Shown: positions 56,451 through 64,000 of the stretch, in pieces | How the letters are laid out: every line of letters begins with the position of its first letter | Numbering within the stretch: position 1 is the first letter of the stretch | NCBI GenBank assembly: GCA_965248265.1 | Contig: CBDFJF010000002.1 | Location: 3,328,001 to 3,392,000, forward strand | Direction: 5' to 3' | DNA from: Candidatus Latescibacterota bacterium | GTDB taxonomy: Bacteria > Latescibacterota > UBA2968 > UBA8231 | Length of the DNA: 64,000 nucleotides | Made by a program: the position numbers and the translations under genes | Notes under the pieces: model-generated | Database searches by the model: none | What the model was told of the DNA's origin: nothing | Seen by the model: the letters and a program-made list of their open reading frames with translations, nothing else

Positions 56451-57719
56451 ATGGCGACTGAAGTGGTGATGCCCAAGCTCGGACTGACCATGGAACAGGG
56501 TACGATAGGTTCCTGGTTGGCCGCGGAGGGGGACCAGGTAAAAAAGGGAGAGCCGTTGATCGAAGTGGTCACGGACAAGGTTACGATGGAGGTGGAGGCA
56601 CAAGTCTCGGGCGTTTTGCGAAAGATCGTCGTGGAAGCAGGAACCGAAGTACCGGTCGCCACGCTGGTAGGGGTTATCGGTAGTCCCGATGAGGATATCA
56701 CCGACTTGCTGAACGCCGGCTCTGGAGCGGCGCCCGCACCCGAGCCGACCATTGCAGCGCCACCTGCTCCTCCTCCTGCGCCCGGTCCGGCAGCTCCGGC
56801 ACCCGTAACGGTGACACCGGCTGCTGTTGTTGCTGCTGCTGCGGATGGGCGTCCACATCGGGCCTCGCCAAAGGCGCGCAGGATAGCGGCTGAGCGTGGC
56901 ATTGACCTGGCGATGATTGCCGGCACCGGTCCCGGAGGCAGGATCGTCAGTGCGGATGTCCTGACCGGTGGTTTGGCCCCGGTCGCCGCACCGTCAGCAG
57001 CCACCGTGAGTGCACCAGTTATCACGGCACCGGTTCCGGCAGGCGCCGGAATTGAAGTAGAGTTGACTCGTCCGCAGCAGGTGGCTGCCGAACGTCTGAC
57101 CGCGAGCTATCAGCAGGTCCCGCACATCCATGTGTGGATGGAAATTTCGGCAGTCTGGATGCAACAGTTTCGCCAGGGCTACGCGCTCGAGGGCAAAAAG
57201 GTCTCGTTCAACGACTTGATCGTGAAAGCGAGCGCTAGAGTCTTGAGCGAATTCCCGCGTTTCAACAGTCACTTCGTCAACGGCAAGATTCACCAGTTGA
57301 GCCAGGTCGATATCGGTATCGCCACTGACACGCCTTCCGGGCTCATGGTACCGGTCCTGCGCGACGTGGCCCAGAAATCCGTCGAGGGAATCGCCGTTGA
57401 TTCGGCGACCTTGGTGGACCGCACTCGCAGGGGAGCGCTGGGGCCCGATGAGATGGTGGGTGGAGGTTTCACGATTTCGAATCTGGGCATGTTTGGCGTT
57501 TCCAGATTCACCGCCATCATCAATCCTCCGCAGGTAGCCATCCTCGCCGTCGGCGCTATCGAAAATAGGGTCGTAGCGCTCGACAACGGTGCCCTTGCGA
57601 GCCGTCCCTGCATGTCAGTTGACCTGGCTGGCGATCATCGAGCAGTTGACGGTGCTTCCTGCGCTCGTTTCCTGCAACGGCTCAAGGAAGTGCTGGAGAC
57701 GCCAGGGTTGCTGGCCTGA
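56451..57719 (+). CDS. dihydrolipoamide acyltransferase (E2) of a 2-oxoacid/acetoin dehydrogenase complex
   Basis: Lipoyl domain EVVTDKVTMEV; E3-binding ASP.ARR..GTGPGGRI; SNLGMFG, INPPQ, DHRAVDG. Confidence 0.93.
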   Translation: MATEVVMPKLGLTMEQGTIGSWLAAEGDQVKKGEPLIEVVTDKVTMEVEAQVSGVLRKIVVEAGTEVPVATLVGVIGSPDEDITDLLNAGSGAAPAPEPTIAAPPAPPPAPGPAAPAPVTVTPAAVVAAAADGRPHRASPKARRIAAERGIDLAMIAGTGPGGRIVSADVLTGGLAPVAAPSAATVSAPVITAPVPAGAGIEVELTRPQQVAAERLTASYQQVPHIHVWMEISAVWMQQFRQGYALEGKKVSFNDLIVKASARVLSEFPRFNSHFVNGKIHQLSQVDIGIATDTPSGLMVPVLRDVAQKSVEGIAVDSATLVDRTRRGALGPDEMVGGGFTISNLGMFGVSRFTAIINPPQVAILAVGAIENRVVALDNGALASRPCMSVDLAGDHRAVDGASCARFLQRLKEVLETPGLLA

Positions 57720-57762
57720 GCACAGCGCGACCGCAGTGCGACCATAGAATCGATACGGGCTG

Positions 57763-58551
57763 ATGGCACCTGCACCCGACGTCCGTCGCGAAGACGCCAT
57801 CAAGAAGATCGTTCTCGAGGCCTACGAAGATCCCGATATTGTTTCCCGATACATTCACGTCGGTCTGTGGCCGGCGGAAGAGAATCTATTCCTCGATTTC
57901 GTGGCCGAAGAGGCTACCGTCCTCGACCTGGGGTGTGGCGCAGGGCGAACTACGATTCCGCTGGCCGAGATGGGGTTGAAAGTGGTCGGCGTCGATCTGA
58001 GCGATGCGATGGTCGAAGCCGCGCGCGAACAGGCCACCGAGGCCGGACTGGAGGTCGAGTTCTCCGTCATGGATGCCATGGCCCTCGATTTTCCCGATGC
58101 TCATTTTGACGCTGCCCTGTTTTCCTACAACGGAATCGAGCTGATTCCGGGCAGTTCGGGTAAACGGCGCGTCTTTGAGCAGATTCATCGCGTTCTCAAG
58201 CCCCGGGGTCGGTTCATCTTCTGTTCCCATTCGCCGTTCGCATTTAACCGCTTCGCCCCAATGAGACTCAAGGCCTTACTGCGTTTTCTGGCAGGCAGGG
58301 TTCTGGGTGTCCCGGTCCGGGAACGCGAGATCGGCGAGCGCTTCGTAGACGATGAGTGGGAAGAGGCCAGGTACCTGCAGGTGTTGCCTCCATCCGTCCT
58401 CATCCGGCTGTTGCGCGAATCCGGCTTTGAATTGGTCTACTTCAACACGCGTGGACGCATCGAATCGACGCGCAACTGGGGCTGGAGAGGGCTTTTCGAG
58501 GATGGCGAGCGGTTTTATGTGGCAGAGAAGAGTGTGGAGACCAGGCCGTAA
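57763..58551 (+). CDS. class I SAM-dependent methyltransferase
   Basis: VLDLGCGAGR, GVDLS, RVLKPRG. Confidence 0.88.
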   Translation: MAPAPDVRREDAIKKIVLEAYEDPDIVSRYIHVGLWPAEENLFLDFVAEEATVLDLGCGAGRTTIPLAEMGLKVVGVDLSDAMVEAAREQATEAGLEVEFSVMDAMALDFPDAHFDAALFSYNGIELIPGSSGKRRVFEQIHRVLKPRGRFIFCSHSPFAFNRFAPMRLKALLRFLAGRVLGVPVREREIGERFVDDEWEEARYLQVLPPSVLIRLLRESGFELVYFNTRGRIESTRNWGWRGLFEDGERFYVAEKSVETRP

Positions 58552-58828
58552 TGCCGATAGGATAACAACGGCAAACGGGTACACATTTAATGAGCTGCGA
58601 ATCGAACCAATCGACAGAGCCAGACCACAGCGATCTTGCGCGCACCTTTCTCGAGTGCGGCTATGTGGCGACAGCCAAACCTCCATGCGGGGCTCTCATC
58701 GCAGATCTCCTGGGTGCTCTGGAGGCGTCGGCAATGCTTCCACAAGAGCAGAGCAAGGAGCTGTAGCGTTGTAGACTAGACAAGCAGGATAGCCGGCGAT
58801 TGTAGGGCTATTGGAGTCCTTCCAGTTC

Positions 58829-58857
58829 TTGACCCACCCTTGGCGCCGCATTATCTT
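58829..58857 (+). promoter_or_regulatory. putative sigma70 promoter of ftsH
   Basis: TTGACC-17-TATCTT. Confidence 0.55.
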
Positions 58858-59009
58858 CCCTAACGGTGGCCCTAACTGATTTGCCTTCAGTTCGTTAAAG
58901 CATTCGCGCCGGCATTCGACCGGAGCGCGTACTCCAATCCAATTGTACAAATCCAACGACTGGTTGCAGGCCCGCCAGCGTTCCCCGCCATCGCAAGAGA
59001 GCATTCGAC

Positions 59010-60863
59010 TTGAAACTCGATCGCAAAGCCCAACTCTCGATCGCCTACGCCGTTCTTACGGTCCTGATGCTGTTGCTGATGCAGCAGTATTTCGAAAGCC
59101 AGATCGAGAGTCTTTCCTATAGTGATTTCCGTCGGATGGTCACTGAGGGACAGGTCAGCGAGTGCTACATAGGAACCGATCTGATAAGCGGCACCTACCT
59201 CGATAACGATGGAGAAGAGCGCTCGTTCACAGTTACTCCCATTGACGATGCCGGGCTCGTCGACCTGCTGCTGGAGCATGGAGTCGAGGTCTCCGGAAAG
59301 CCGGCCAACCCCTGGTTCAACTCTTTGCTGTCGTGGGTCCCCATACTACTGATTTTTGGCGTGTTCTGGATGTTTATGGCGCGGCGTCTGGGTGGGGGGT
59401 CCGGCGGACTCATGTCTATAGGCAAGAGCAAAGCCAAGGTGTACATGGAAAAGGGCACCGGGATCACCTTCGATGACGTCGCCGGTATCGACGAGGCGAA
59501 GGAGGAACTGCAGGAGGTTGTTGAATTCCTCAAGACTCCAGAGCGCTTCCAAGCACTCGGTGGTCGTATTCCTCGCGGTGTCCTGCTGGTGGGCCCACCG
59601 GGAACCGGCAAGACGCTGCTGGCCAAAGCAGTAGCCGGAGAGGCAGAGGTGCCGTTCTTTTCGATCAGTGGTTCGGATTTCGTTGAGATGTTCGTCGGAG
59701 TGGGGGCAGCCAGGGTTCGCGATCTGTTCGACCAGGCCAAGAAGCACGCACCGGCCATCGTTTTTATCGACGAACTCGATGCCCTTGGCAAGGCACGCGG
59801 CGGTGGTTATCCCGGCGGCCACGATGAACGTGAGCAAACCCTCAACCAGTTGCTGACGGAGCTCGATGGGTTCGAGACCAATGACGGCGTGATTCTGATG
59901 GCGGCGACGAATCGTCCCGAGATTCTCGATCCTGCTCTGCTGCGGCCGGGTCGCTTCGATCGTCGAGTGGGCGTCGAGCGCCCGGACGTCAAAGGGCGTG
60001 AAGCGATCCTGAAGATCCACGCCAAAACGGTAAAGCTTGGAGATGATGTTGATCTGCCGAAGCTGGCCATGCGAACGCCCGGTCTGGCAGGCGCTGATCT
60101 TGCCAATGTCGTGAACGAAGCGGCATTACTGGCAGCGAGGCGCAACAAAAAGGTCATAACCATGCCGGAGTTCGAGGAAGCGATCGAACGCAGCGTCGCC
60201 GGGTTGGAGCGCAAGAGCCGGGTCATCACGGAGAAGGAGCGCCGGGTGACCGCTTACCATGAAGCCGGCCATGCGGTAGTCGGTGAGCTCAGCCTTCATG
60301 CCAATCCGATCCAGAAAATCTCGATCGTGTCCCGGGGCTCAGCCCTGGGGTACGTCCTCAACATGCCCACCGAGGATCGGTATACTCAGAGCAAAGAAGA
60401 GCTGCTCGCCACGATCACGATGGCTCTTGGGGGCCGGGCAGCTGAGGAAGTCTTTTTCGGGGAGGCCTGGACGGGCGTGACCACTGATTTGCAAACGGTT
60501 ACTGCCATCGCAGAGGCGATGGTCAAAGAGTACGGGATGAGTGATGACCTCGGACTGGTGGCCCACGCCGAGGACCGGCGCAATCCCTTCCTCAACATGG
60601 TACCGGGCGAACGCGCCTACAGCGAGGAGACCGCTCGCAAGATCGATGCTGAGGTTGCCCGCATCGTCGACGATTGCTACGGCAAAGCCACACAGATCCT
60701 GCGCGACCATCGCCAAGCAGTCGACCGGGTGGTCGAGCTATTGCTGGAGAGTGAAGTAATGGATGGGGATGAGCTGCGGGCGATTCTAAATGGCAAGGAA
60801 TCCAAGGCCAACGGCAAAGAGCCCGAAGCAATCTCCACACCTGATCCCAAGGCTGCATCGTAG
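59010..60863 (+). CDS. ftsH: ATP-dependent zinc metalloprotease FtsH
   Basis: Two TMs; [37 protein letters not shown]. Confidence 0.97.
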   Translation: MKLDRKAQLSIAYAVLTVLMLLLMQQYFESQIESLSYSDFRRMVTEGQVSECYIGTDLISGTYLDNDGEERSFTVTPIDDAGLVDLLLEHGVEVSGKPANPWFNSLLSWVPILLIFGVFWMFMARRLGGGSGGLMSIGKSKAKVYMEKGTGITFDDVAGIDEAKEELQEVVEFLKTPERFQALGGRIPRGVLLVGPPGTGKTLLAKAVAGEAEVPFFSISGSDFVEMFVGVGAARVRDLFDQAKKHAPAIVFIDELDALGKARGGGYPGGHDEREQTLNQLLTELDGFETNDGVILMAATNRPEILDPALLRPGRFDRRVGVERPDVKGREAILKIHAKTVKLGDDVDLPKLAMRTPGLAGADLANVVNEAALLAARRNKKVITMPEFEEAIERSVAGLERKSRVITEKERRVTAYHEAGHAVVGELSLHANPIQKISIVSRGSALGYVLNMPTEDRYTQSKEELLATITMALGGRAAEEVFFGEAWTGVTTDLQTVTAIAEAMVKEYGMSDDLGLVAHAEDRRNPFLNMVPGERAYSEETARKIDAEVARIVDDCYGKATQILRDHRQAVDRVVELLLESEVMDGDELRAILNGKESKANGKEPEAISTPDPKAAS

Positions 60864-60908
60864 GTTTGGGAAGCCCAGTCTCTGGGCTTGAACCGCTCTC
60901 AACAGAGT

Positions 60909-61364
60909 CTAAGCCTGAGCGATGACCTCCAGTTCGACCGCGGCAGCCAGCGGTAATTCGCTGACACCAACGGCCAAACGCGCGTGCACGCCTCGATCAC
61001 CCAACACCTCCTTCATCAGGTCGGAAGCTCCGTTGACGACCTTGGCTTGATCCGTAAAACCGGCTGCCGAGCACACAAACCCGCTCATACGCACGATCTG
61101 CTTGATCTGATCGAGCGAACCGATCTCAGCCTCTATTACGCTGAGTGCATTGAGGGCGCACAACTGGCTGGCAGCATACCCTTCGTCAACTGACAGATCA
61201 GCTCCGATCTTCCCGGTGTAGGCGATCACGCCGTCTCGAAGCGGCAATTGTCCCGCGACAAAGATGAGGCCTTCAACACGCACCGCGCGGGTGTATGCAC
61301 CAGCCGGTTGAGGGGGTTCAGGCATGCTCAATCCGAGTTCGCTCAGTCTATCGCGTGCAGACAT
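60909..61364 (-). CDS. RidA/YjgF family protein
   Basis: VAGQLP, NGASDL, HAR.AVGV.ELP..A.VELE. Confidence 0.9.
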   Translation of the reverse strand: MSARDRLSELGLSMPEPPQPAGAYTRAVRVEGLIFVAGQLPLRDGVIAYTGKIGADLSVDEGYAASQLCALNALSVIEAEIGSLDQIKQIVRMSGFVCSAAGFTDQAKVVNGASDLMKEVLGDRGVHARLAVGVSELPLAAAVELEVIAQA

Positions 61365-61468
61365 GGTATCTATTCCCGGGGAGTTGAGTTTGAGCCAGAA
61401 GATCGAGAAGCGGCGGCCAATATACTCGAGTCCGAGGTCGATGAGCAAATCACAGATAGGCCTGGTGC

Positions 61469-62716
61469 GTGAGCGAATCGACTAACACTTCAACCGGTCT
61501 CGGCTCATTGCTGCGCATCGCTGACTTTCGTCGTTTGTGGATCTGCGATGGGCTCATGTTCCAGGGGCTGTGGATGGAGGGGCTGGTCGTCGGCTGGCTC
61601 GTACTGGACATGACCGATTCTCCCTTCTGGGTCGCCATGGTCGACTTCTGCCGTGCCATACCGGTCCCCTTCGCGGGGTTGTTCGGACCGGTGTTGACGG
61701 ACCGTTTTCAGCGCCGGAGAGTCATTCTTGCCCTGCAGACGCTCAACGCACTGGCGCTGATGGCAATTGCCGTGCTGTATTGGAGCGATGCACTCGAATA
61801 CTGGCATCTGGCGGCGGCAGCAGCCGTCGGCGGTATCGTCTGGGGACTGGACTGGCCTAACCGGAGGGCCTTCATCCCGGATCTGGTTGGCAAGAGCCGG
61901 GTCGTCGACGGCATGCTCCTCGGCAACGGCGTGCAAGCTTTCGCGCGGGTCTCGGGTCCGCTGCTGGGCGGGGTGGCGCTGGCCGTCCTGGGAGTCGGCG
62001 GTGCCCTGGTGATTCTGGTATCGATGGCCATGCTCTCAGCGCTGCTCCTGATGGGAATCAAGTCCGATGCCAGATCTCCAGATGTTCCTCCCGGCATAGC
62101 ACGTTCTCTCAGCCGCGTCGTCGACGGGCTTCGCTATGTGCGTGGCCAACGCGTCATTCTCGGAATCATGGCAGTGACTGTCATCATGAATGTGTGGGCC
62201 TTCCCCTATCAGTCACTGCTACCAGTGTTCGCGCGAGACGTCCTCGGCAGCGGACCGGTAGGGCTGGGACTGTTGGCCTGCTCGAGCGGCCTTGGGTCGT
62301 TCCTCGGACTGCTCCTGGTGACTCGCTTCCGTCACGATCCTCGCCGGGTGCGAATTTTCACCGGTGGATCTCTCCTGTGCTGTGTCGGCCTCGTGGGTTT
62401 CGCCGGCTGCGAGCACTTTGCCCTCGCCGTACTCATGTTGCTGGTTGTCGGGCTCGGTCAAGCCGGCTTCAGTAGCATGCAGAGCACGATCCTATTAATG
62501 GAGGCGCCCGACCACATCCGCAATCGAGTCATGGGTACTCTGGTATGTGCTATCGGTATGGGCCCCTTTGGTAAAATCCAGGCGGGCAGTATAGCTACCC
62601 TCGCAGGAGCTCCGGTAGCCGTCGCGTCGATGTCCAGTTTTGCCATGATAGCGATGTCGATGGCCATCATAGTGTTGCCCGGCTTTGTGCGGCCCAGGTC
62701 CGTTTCCTCGCGTTGA
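61469..62716 (+). CDS. MFS transporter
   Basis: About 12 hydrophobic segments; DRFQRRRV motif A; P.R.AF.PDLV. Confidence 0.9.
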   Translation: MSESTNTSTGLGSLLRIADFRRLWICDGLMFQGLWMEGLVVGWLVLDMTDSPFWVAMVDFCRAIPVPFAGLFGPVLTDRFQRRRVILALQTLNALALMAIAVLYWSDALEYWHLAAAAAVGGIVWGLDWPNRRAFIPDLVGKSRVVDGMLLGNGVQAFARVSGPLLGGVALAVLGVGGALVILVSMAMLSALLLMGIKSDARSPDVPPGIARSLSRVVDGLRYVRGQRVILGIMAVTVIMNVWAFPYQSLLPVFARDVLGSGPVGLGLLACSSGLGSFLGLLLVTRFRHDPRRVRIFTGGSLLCCVGLVGFAGCEHFALAVLMLLVVGLGQAGFSSMQSTILLMEAPDHIRNRVMGTLVCAIGMGPFGKIQAGSIATLAGAPVAVASMSSFAMIAMSMAIIVLPGFVRPRSVSSR

Positions 62717-62783
62717 AGAATTGACGACCGTGGACGGCACGGCCCTCCACTCACAAGTGTCTCGATCCGCGAAAGGCATTCTC

Positions 62784-63539
62784 ATGGCATCAACAATAGG
62801 CGCTCAGTTGTTCACGCTCCGGGATTCACTGAAGACACCGGATGAGATTCGCGTGACGCTCAAGGAATTGGCGCAACTGGGGTATGAGGCCGTGCAGGTT
62901 TCGGCTCTGGGGCCGATCGATCCGCTCGAGCTCCGTACCATCTGCGACGGCGAGGGGTTGCGGATCGTGGCTACCCACATTCGCTATGACGACATCCGTG
63001 AGTCGCCGCAAAAAGTCATCGATGAGCATGGAATATGGGACTGCACTCATGTCGGAATCGGCAGCATGCCCGCTGATTATCGTGGGGACATGGCTCGCTT
63101 TGCCGCCGAGGCGTCACGCACGGCGCGTCCGCTCATCGACGCCGGACTGACCTTCAACTACCATAACCACAGCTTTGAGATGGAGCGCTTCGGCAACAGG
63201 CCGGGTTTGCAGATTCTCGCCGAGGAGAGTGATCCGGAGGTGTTCTCCTTCGAGGTCGATGTCTATTGGATCCAGCATGGTGGAGGCAATCCCGCCTCCT
63301 GGCTGCGGAGGCTGAAGGATCGTATGTACGTCGTCCACCTCAAGGACATGGCCATGAACGGCAGCGAGCAGCTATTCGCCGAAGTAGGGGAGGGGAATCT
63401 CGAGTGGCCTGAGATTCTCCAGGCTTGCAAAGAGGCGAATATCGAATGGTATTTGATCGAGCAGGATATCTGTCAGCGAGGGCCCATGGAGAGTCTTGGC
63501 ATCAGTTTGAAGAATCTAGGTGCCATGGGTATGCACTGA
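62784..63539 (+). CDS. sugar phosphate isomerase/epimerase (xylose isomerase-like TIM barrel)
   Basis: GAQLFTLR, YHNHSFE, EVDVYW, HLKD, GEGNL, IEQD. Confidence 0.9.
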   Translation: MASTIGAQLFTLRDSLKTPDEIRVTLKELAQLGYEAVQVSALGPIDPLELRTICDGEGLRIVATHIRYDDIRESPQKVIDEHGIWDCTHVGIGSMPADYRGDMARFAAEASRTARPLIDAGLTFNYHNHSFEMERFGNRPGLQILAEESDPEVFSFEVDVYWIQHGGGNPASWLRRLKDRMYVVHLKDMAMNGSEQLFAEVGEGNLEWPEILQACKEANIEWYLIEQDICQRGPMESLGISLKNLGAMGMH

Positions 63540-63551
63540 TCTGCGGTGGCG

Positions 63552-64000
63552 TCAGACGGCCTTGAGTTGGCCGACGAGACCGCAGTTTTGGATGATCTCG
63601 TCCTCGTTCATCATGCCCATCACGATGGAGTGGACACCAGACTGACCCAGTACGTAGCGCACGGCTGTTTCGGGGTTACCGGTGAGTTCGCTGCCACCCC
63701 CAACTACCTTCATGCCGTACACGCCCATGCCGGCCGCTACCATGCGCCCGATCACTGGAATCACCTCAGCTGGTTGCGCGCACATGCTGTGACCGGCATG
63801 ATTCAGGCGTACCAGGTTGACGTCGACCCATGACGTTTGGGAAGCAGTCTGCAAGGCACCGAAATCATGGCATGAACAACCAACAGCTCGAACGATTTCG
63901 CGTGACTTGAAATCGCTGAGGACGTCCATGACTCCGGACATCTCCTGCGGCCAGTCGGAATCAGTGAGACAGTGCAGCAGGATGATATCGATGTAGTCGG
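63552..64000 (-). CDS. aldo/keto reductase, 3' part (runs off the right edge)
   Basis: Minus frame is open to the edge: DYIDIILLHC...RAVGCSCH...GMKV.GGG. Confidence 0.8.
   Translation of the reverse strand, partial: DYIDIILLHCLTDSDWPQEMSGVMDVLSDFKSREIVRAVGCSCHDFGALQTASQTSWVDVNLVRLNHAGHSMCAQPAEVIPVIGRMVAAGMGVYGMKVVGGGSELTGNPETAVRYVLGQSGVHSIVMGMMNEDEIIQNCGLVGQLKAV

Noticed and set aside
56720-56845. Low-complexity GCT/CCT repeats
   Set aside because: They encode the ordinary Ala/Pro linker of E2.
1-64000. CRISPR array, cas genes, rRNA, prophage or reverse transcriptase
   Set aside because: No regularly spaced repeat-spacer array and no recognisable motifs for these were seen.

Overview
A gene-dense, GC-rich chromosomal segment from a diderm bacterium (Omp85, OMP beta-barrel, Mla/MCE and GT9 genes). 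A C-terminal 'SWGLVK' motif on a secreted protein hints at a Latescibacterota/Poribacteria-like lineage, which is inference only. Most content is housekeeping or metabolic: 3' end of dxr, queD-like, FadN-like, SDR, nitrilases, two short RpoD-family sigma factors, an ECF sigma/anti-sigma/periplasmic triad, tRNA-Asn, K+ channel genes, mlaEFD, a cobalamin-riboswitch-controlled btuDFC operon with pduO nearby, CBS-korAB-CBS, hemE, mocA/xdhC, E2, ftsH, ridA and an MFS transporter. Mobile DNA comprises one complete IS630-family element with a -1 frameshifted transposase and a 168-bp MITE with related CTAG-GTGC ends. The most unusual observations are (1) a full-length FliG-like protein fused to a transmembrane helix and a FecR-like domain outside any flagellar cluster, (2) an operon joining a large GH-like protein, two paralogous acidic proteins sharing an unrecognised C-terminal domain and hemE, (3) an intact UvrA paralog with degenerate ATPase motifs, one of several apparent pseudoenzymes, and (4) gene relics (trkH, an internally deleted pentapeptide-channel paralog, a frameshifted HTH-MBL gene). 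No CRISPR array, rRNA, prophage or integrase was seen. All family assignments come from motif recognition by eye, not from database searches.
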